DNA of 64,000 bases from an uncultured Bacilli bacterium (GTDB lineage: Bacteria > Bacillota_I > Bacilli_A > RF39 > UBA660): the NCBI GenBank assembly GCA_934148995.1, contig CAKPDM010000002.1, positions 63,487-127,486 on the forward strand, written 5' to 3'. Numbering within the stretch: the stretch's first letter is position 1; the number at the start of each line of letters is the position of its first letter. The notes beneath the pieces are model-generated. The model saw only the letters and a program-made list of their open reading frames with translations. It was not told where the DNA came from and did no database searches. Made by a program: the position numbers and the translations under genes. Below are positions 61,174-64,000 of the stretch, piece after piece.

Positions 61174-62636
61174 TAAATAGCACTTCCTAGTAAAGCAATG
61201 GGAATATTAATATAAGTATTTGGAACATCAATGATTATAATTTCTTCTTTCTTAGGTTCCTCATTTTTATAGTCATATATTTTATATTTATAATCTTGTT
61301 TTTCTTTAATAAATACTTCAAAAGGTTCTACTTTACTGTAACCTTCAGTAGTGGTTTTTTGTTTGATAGTATAGTGACCATATGGTAATTCAATACTAGC
61401 TAACCCATTTTCATCTGTTGTGATAGTTTTTACTAGTTCCTTATCTTTATTATAAATTTCAAAAGTGACATCTTTTTCACTTTGCATTAATTGTTTGTCA
61501 CCATAACTTTTTTCAATAAGTATTTTACCTTTAATAACTTCATTTTCTAATACTTTGCTTATAGTAGTATTATTTTCATCAAATGTAATTTCATAGAAGG
61601 TATCATCCTTGATGTAACCAGTTCCAGCTTTAGTTTCTTGTAAATAATAAGTACCAAAATCAATAAATGATTTATCACCTTCACCAATTATTTCTGCTTT
61701 TCCTTCATCATTGAATGTTATATCAGTGACTTTTTCTTTTTTATTATTGTATAGAGTAAAGATAGTTCCTTTTAAATCAGCTTCGCCTTGACCTTTGAAT
61801 TCTTTTGTATCTTTATCAACTTTAGTTAGATTTAATTTTAATTGATAAAAACAGAAAGTAACTGGTACTTCCATCGCTTTACTTGAACCAATGCTTACTA
61901 ATCGCTGTGAGATACCATTTGCATAGTATAAAGCTCTTTCTCTTCCTAAACCATAATTACTATAGAAAATTTGAGTATGGCAGACAGAATGATTTCTTTT
62001 AATAGAAAAAGTATTTTCATTTAAATTACTTTCATTATCTTTGATAGTGGTAAAATTCTTTAATATTCCATTAGTATCAGTTATTGTTATTGTTTTTCCA
62101 ATTAATGAATTATACTTGTTATTAGCAAAACTAGGAGTTTTTTTACTATCACTAATCAATCTTTCAATCTCATTCTTTTCTTCAGTAAAAATGTTAACTC
62201 TGGTACCATTTAAAGTATCAGTGAAATAAAATTCATTATTTTTATCTACTGTTTCCCAAATCATCATTTGTGTTATGGCATACCATTTAGGGTCAGTATG
62301 ATTTTTATAAAGGTATCCGAAGTTAACTAAGTCTGTTACTCTCTGCCAAGTATTACTATCATAACTTACTTGTGATATCATTCCATCATAAGTGTTATTG
62401 TTAGGTTGAAAAACTTTAAAAGGCTCTAAGCAATAGGCGATAGAATTATCTGTTGAACTTTTGTAAAATCTAGCTTTCTGGTAATGTTTCATTTTTGTAC
62501 TTTTATCATATCTCACCATATATATGCCATCAATATACTCTCCTTCATAAAAGGTATTTGTTTTGGCATAAACTTTAGTGGTATTACAGATAAAAAATAC
62601 ACTTGTTAATGTTAAGAATAATAATATTTTTTTCAT
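61173..62636 (-). CDS. secreted surface adhesin or pilin-like protein: N-terminal thioester-type (TED-like) domain plus two SpaA/CnaB-like Ig-fold domains
   Basis: 487 aa with a signal peptide (MKKILLFLTLTSVFFICNTTKVYA). It has AYCLEP (Cys69), GYLY and AITQMMIWE (Gln123). Two repeats are of the type GTIFTLYN...GTYYLQETKAGTGY and VTFEIYNKD...DENGLASIELPYGHYTIKQKTTTEGY. The C-terminus is DVPNTY-INIPIALLGSAI. Confidence 0.7.
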   Translation of the reverse strand: MKKILLFLTLTSVFFICNTTKVYAKTNTFYEGEYIDGIYMVRYDKSTKMKHYQKARFYKSSTDNSIAYCLEPFKVFQPNNNTYDGMISQVSYDSNTWQRVTDLVNFGYLYKNHTDPKWYAITQMMIWETVDKNNEFYFTDTLNGTRVNIFTEEKNEIERLISDSKKTPSFANNKYNSLIGKTITITDTNGILKNFTTIKDNESNLNENTFSIKRNHSVCHTQIFYSNYGLGRERALYYANGISQRLVSIGSSKAMEVPVTFCFYQLKLNLTKVDKDTKEFKGQGEADLKGTIFTLYNNKKEKVTDITFNDEGKAEIIGEGDKSFIDFGTYYLQETKAGTGYIKDDTFYEITFDENNTTISKVLENEVIKGKILIEKSYGDKQLMQSEKDVTFEIYNKDKELVKTITTDENGLASIELPYGHYTIKQKTTTEGYSKVEPFEVFIKEKQDYKYKIYDYKNEEPKKEEIIIIDVPNTYINIPIALLGSAI

Positions 62637-62686
62637 AAATTCCCTCCTTTTTCTTAACGGTTTTTACAATAGCACAACTACAATTT

Positions 62687-62810
62687 GAAATGCAAAGGGG
62701 GAAAATTGCAAATTCAGCCCTATTTTTGGCCGAAAATGGTGCTGGCTACCCCTGAAAATGCAAAATTCGGCAATTTTTATGCCTGAATTTGCAAAATTGG
62801 CATAATTTAA
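62687..62810. repeat. cluster of TGCAAA(A)TT(C)GGC-type direct and inverted repeats in a divergent intergenic region
   Basis: Repeat copies are at 62707-62727, 62758-62778 and 62790-62809, with a partial copy at 62691. A perfect 12-bp inverted repeat pairs TTGCAAATTCAG (62706-62717) with CTGAATTTGCAA (62783-62794). G+C is about 41% by hand count. Confidence 0.55.
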
Positions 62811-62834
62811 AAAAATTTATTTTTATGCTACAAT
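62806..62834 (+). promoter_or_regulatory. candidate fhs promoter
   Basis: TTTAAA (62806-62811), 17-nt spacer, TG-c-TACAAT (62826-62834). Confidence 0.45.
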
Positions 62835-62860
62835 AGTTCTGTAAACGGAGAGTGATATTA

Positions 62861-64000
62861 ATGACAGATATAGAAATATGTGACCAATATGAATCTTTAC
62901 CAATTCAAAAAGTAGCAGCAAAGCTAGGCTTAAATGATGGTGATTTAATACTATATGGAAAAGATAAAGCTAAAGTGGTTAAAAATGTTAAGGAAAAGAG
63001 AGGAAAACTAATCTTAGTAACAGCAATGAGTCCCACTCCTTATGGAGAAGGTAAAACAACAGTCAGTATAGGTTTAGCTGATGCTTTTGCTAAGCTAGGA
63101 GAAAATGTTTGCTTAGCATTAAGGGAACCATCACTTGGACCAGTTTTTGGACTTAAAGGAGGAGCTACTGGTGGAGGTTATAGTCAAGTTGTACCTATGA
63201 CTGATATAAACTTACATTTCACTGGGGATTTTCACGCAATAACTTCTTGCAGTAACTTAGTTAGTGCAGCAATATATAATCATATTGAAAAAGGTAATTC
63301 ACTAGGATTTTCAAAGATACTTTTTAAACGTGCTGTTGATATGAATGATAGAAGTTTAAGAAACATTGAATTGACTTGTAATAAAGAAAAATATACTGAC
63401 CATTATACAATTACGTCAGCTAGTGAAATAATGACTATTTTCTGTTTAGCTAAATCTTTTACTGATTTAAAAGAACGACTTGGTAACTTACTACTTGGTC
63501 TTACTAGTGATGATAAACCAATATTAGCTCGTGATTTAAAACTAGAAGGAGCTTTAACTGCTTTGCTAAAAGATGCCTTTCTTCCTAATCTTGTTCAAAC
63601 CTTAGAAGGAACTCCAGCTTTTATTCATGGTGGACCATTCGCTAATATAGCACACGGAACAAGTAGTGTCACTTCTTTAAAACTAGCTCTTTCTTTATCT
63701 GATTATGTAATAACAGAAGCCGGCTTTGGAGCAGATTTAGGTGCTGAAAAGTTTATGAATTTGTTTTGTAATATAGCAGATGAAAAACCAGATGCTATTG
63801 TATTAGTAGTGACGATTAGATCAATACTATATCAGGGAGAAGGAGACTTTACTAAAGGTCTTTCTAATGTAGAAGCCCATCTTGAACATCTTTATAACTA
63901 CAATGTGCCAGTAATAGTTTGTTGTAATCATTTTGCTACTGACGATTCTTCATATGTTGAAAAACTAAAGAACTTTGCGGAAAAAACAAATTATCAATTT
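62861..64000 (+). CDS. fhs: formate--tetrahydrofolate ligase, N-terminal 380 codons (runs off the window)
   Basis: Not in the ORF track because there is no stop in the window. My translation begins MTDIEICDQYESLPIQKVAAKLGL. It contains MSPTPYGEGKTTVSIGL, EPSLGPVFGLKGGATGGGYSQVVPM and FIHGGPFANIAHG. Confidence 0.93.
   Translation, partial: MTDIEICDQYESLPIQKVAAKLGLNDGDLILYGKDKAKVVKNVKEKRGKLILVTAMSPTPYGEGKTTVSIGLADAFAKLGENVCLALREPSLGPVFGLKGGATGGGYSQVVPMTDINLHFTGDFHAITSCSNLVSAAIYNHIEKGNSLGFSKILFKRAVDMNDRSLRNIELTCNKEKYTDHYTITSASEIMTIFCLAKSFTDLKERLGNLLLGLTSDDKPILARDLKLEGALTALLKDAFLPNLVQTLEGTPAFIHGGPFANIAHGTSSVTSLKLALSLSDYVITEAGFGADLGAEKFMNLFCNIADEKPDAIVLVVTIRSILYQGEGDFTKGLSNVEAHLEHLYNYNVPVIVCCNHFATDDSSYVEKLKNFAEKTNYQF

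Noticed and set aside
62690-62806. Two mini-ORFs in the repeat block: MQRGKIANSALFLAENGAGYP at 62690-62755 and MQNSAIFMPEFAKLA at 62757-62804.
   Set aside because: Neither has a Shine-Dalgarno sequence. Their similarity is explained by the underlying DNA repeat, and nothing suggests a leader-peptide function.
62640-62860. A ZTP (pfl) or THF riboswitch upstream of fhs.
   Set aside because: fhs is a typical ZTP-riboswitch target, but I could not find the conserved GGGTCGTGA...CCGCCTGGGCA-like core or THF-riboswitch motifs. The best promoter lies downstream of the repeat block, which would leave the block untranscribed with fhs.

Overview
This is a low-GC chromosomal segment, roughly 30% G+C by eye, using the standard code (TGA is a stop and Trp is TGG). 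It comes from a Bacillota (Firmicutes) genome. Spo0A, a FemAB transferase, an EssC-type T7SSb ATPase and the lack of L30 suggest a Clostridia- or Erysipelotrichia-like organism, but I cannot name the species from sequence alone. About 80% of the window is housekeeping, and gene order differs from Bacillus.

Housekeeping blocks, in order:
- The str operon (rpsL-rpsG-fusA-tuf, 11.5-15.9 kb).
- femX-like, murD, eno and secG.
- secE-nusG-rplKAJL, a ybxB-like methyltransferase, and rpoBC (21.1-33.1 kb).
- A glycolytic cluster, gap-pgk-[three envelope genes]-tpiA, then spo0A, an AAA ATPase and gpmI (34.9-44.4 kb).
- A Y-family polymerase.
- A complete S10-spc-alpha superoperon (46.2-60.2 kb), which lacks rpmD.
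- Edge genes: clpP (partial), a ThrRS-like/uridine-kinase fusion, phosphoketolase, and fhs (partial).

Accessory or unusual content:
1. A compact type VIIb secretion locus (4.6-11.4 kb). It has EssC, a YukD/EsaB-like protein and six small helical WXG100-like ORFs, but no EssA, EssB or EsaA in cis. This is the best candidate for an undescribed variant system.
2. A translationally coupled pair (60.6-62.6 kb) of a thioester-domain surface adhesin and a mini-sortase. The sorting signal is non-canonical (VPNTY) and the sortase has Lys where the catalytic Arg is expected.
3. A GC-enriched intergenic region carrying repeated TGCAAAATT-type motifs (62.69-62.81 kb).
4. Candidate structured leaders ahead of rplK, rplA, rplJ and rpsJ.

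I found no rRNA, tRNA, CRISPR array, transposase or integrase. All functional calls rest on my reading of motifs in the translated ORFs, on gene order and on hand-checked start sites. No database search was run.
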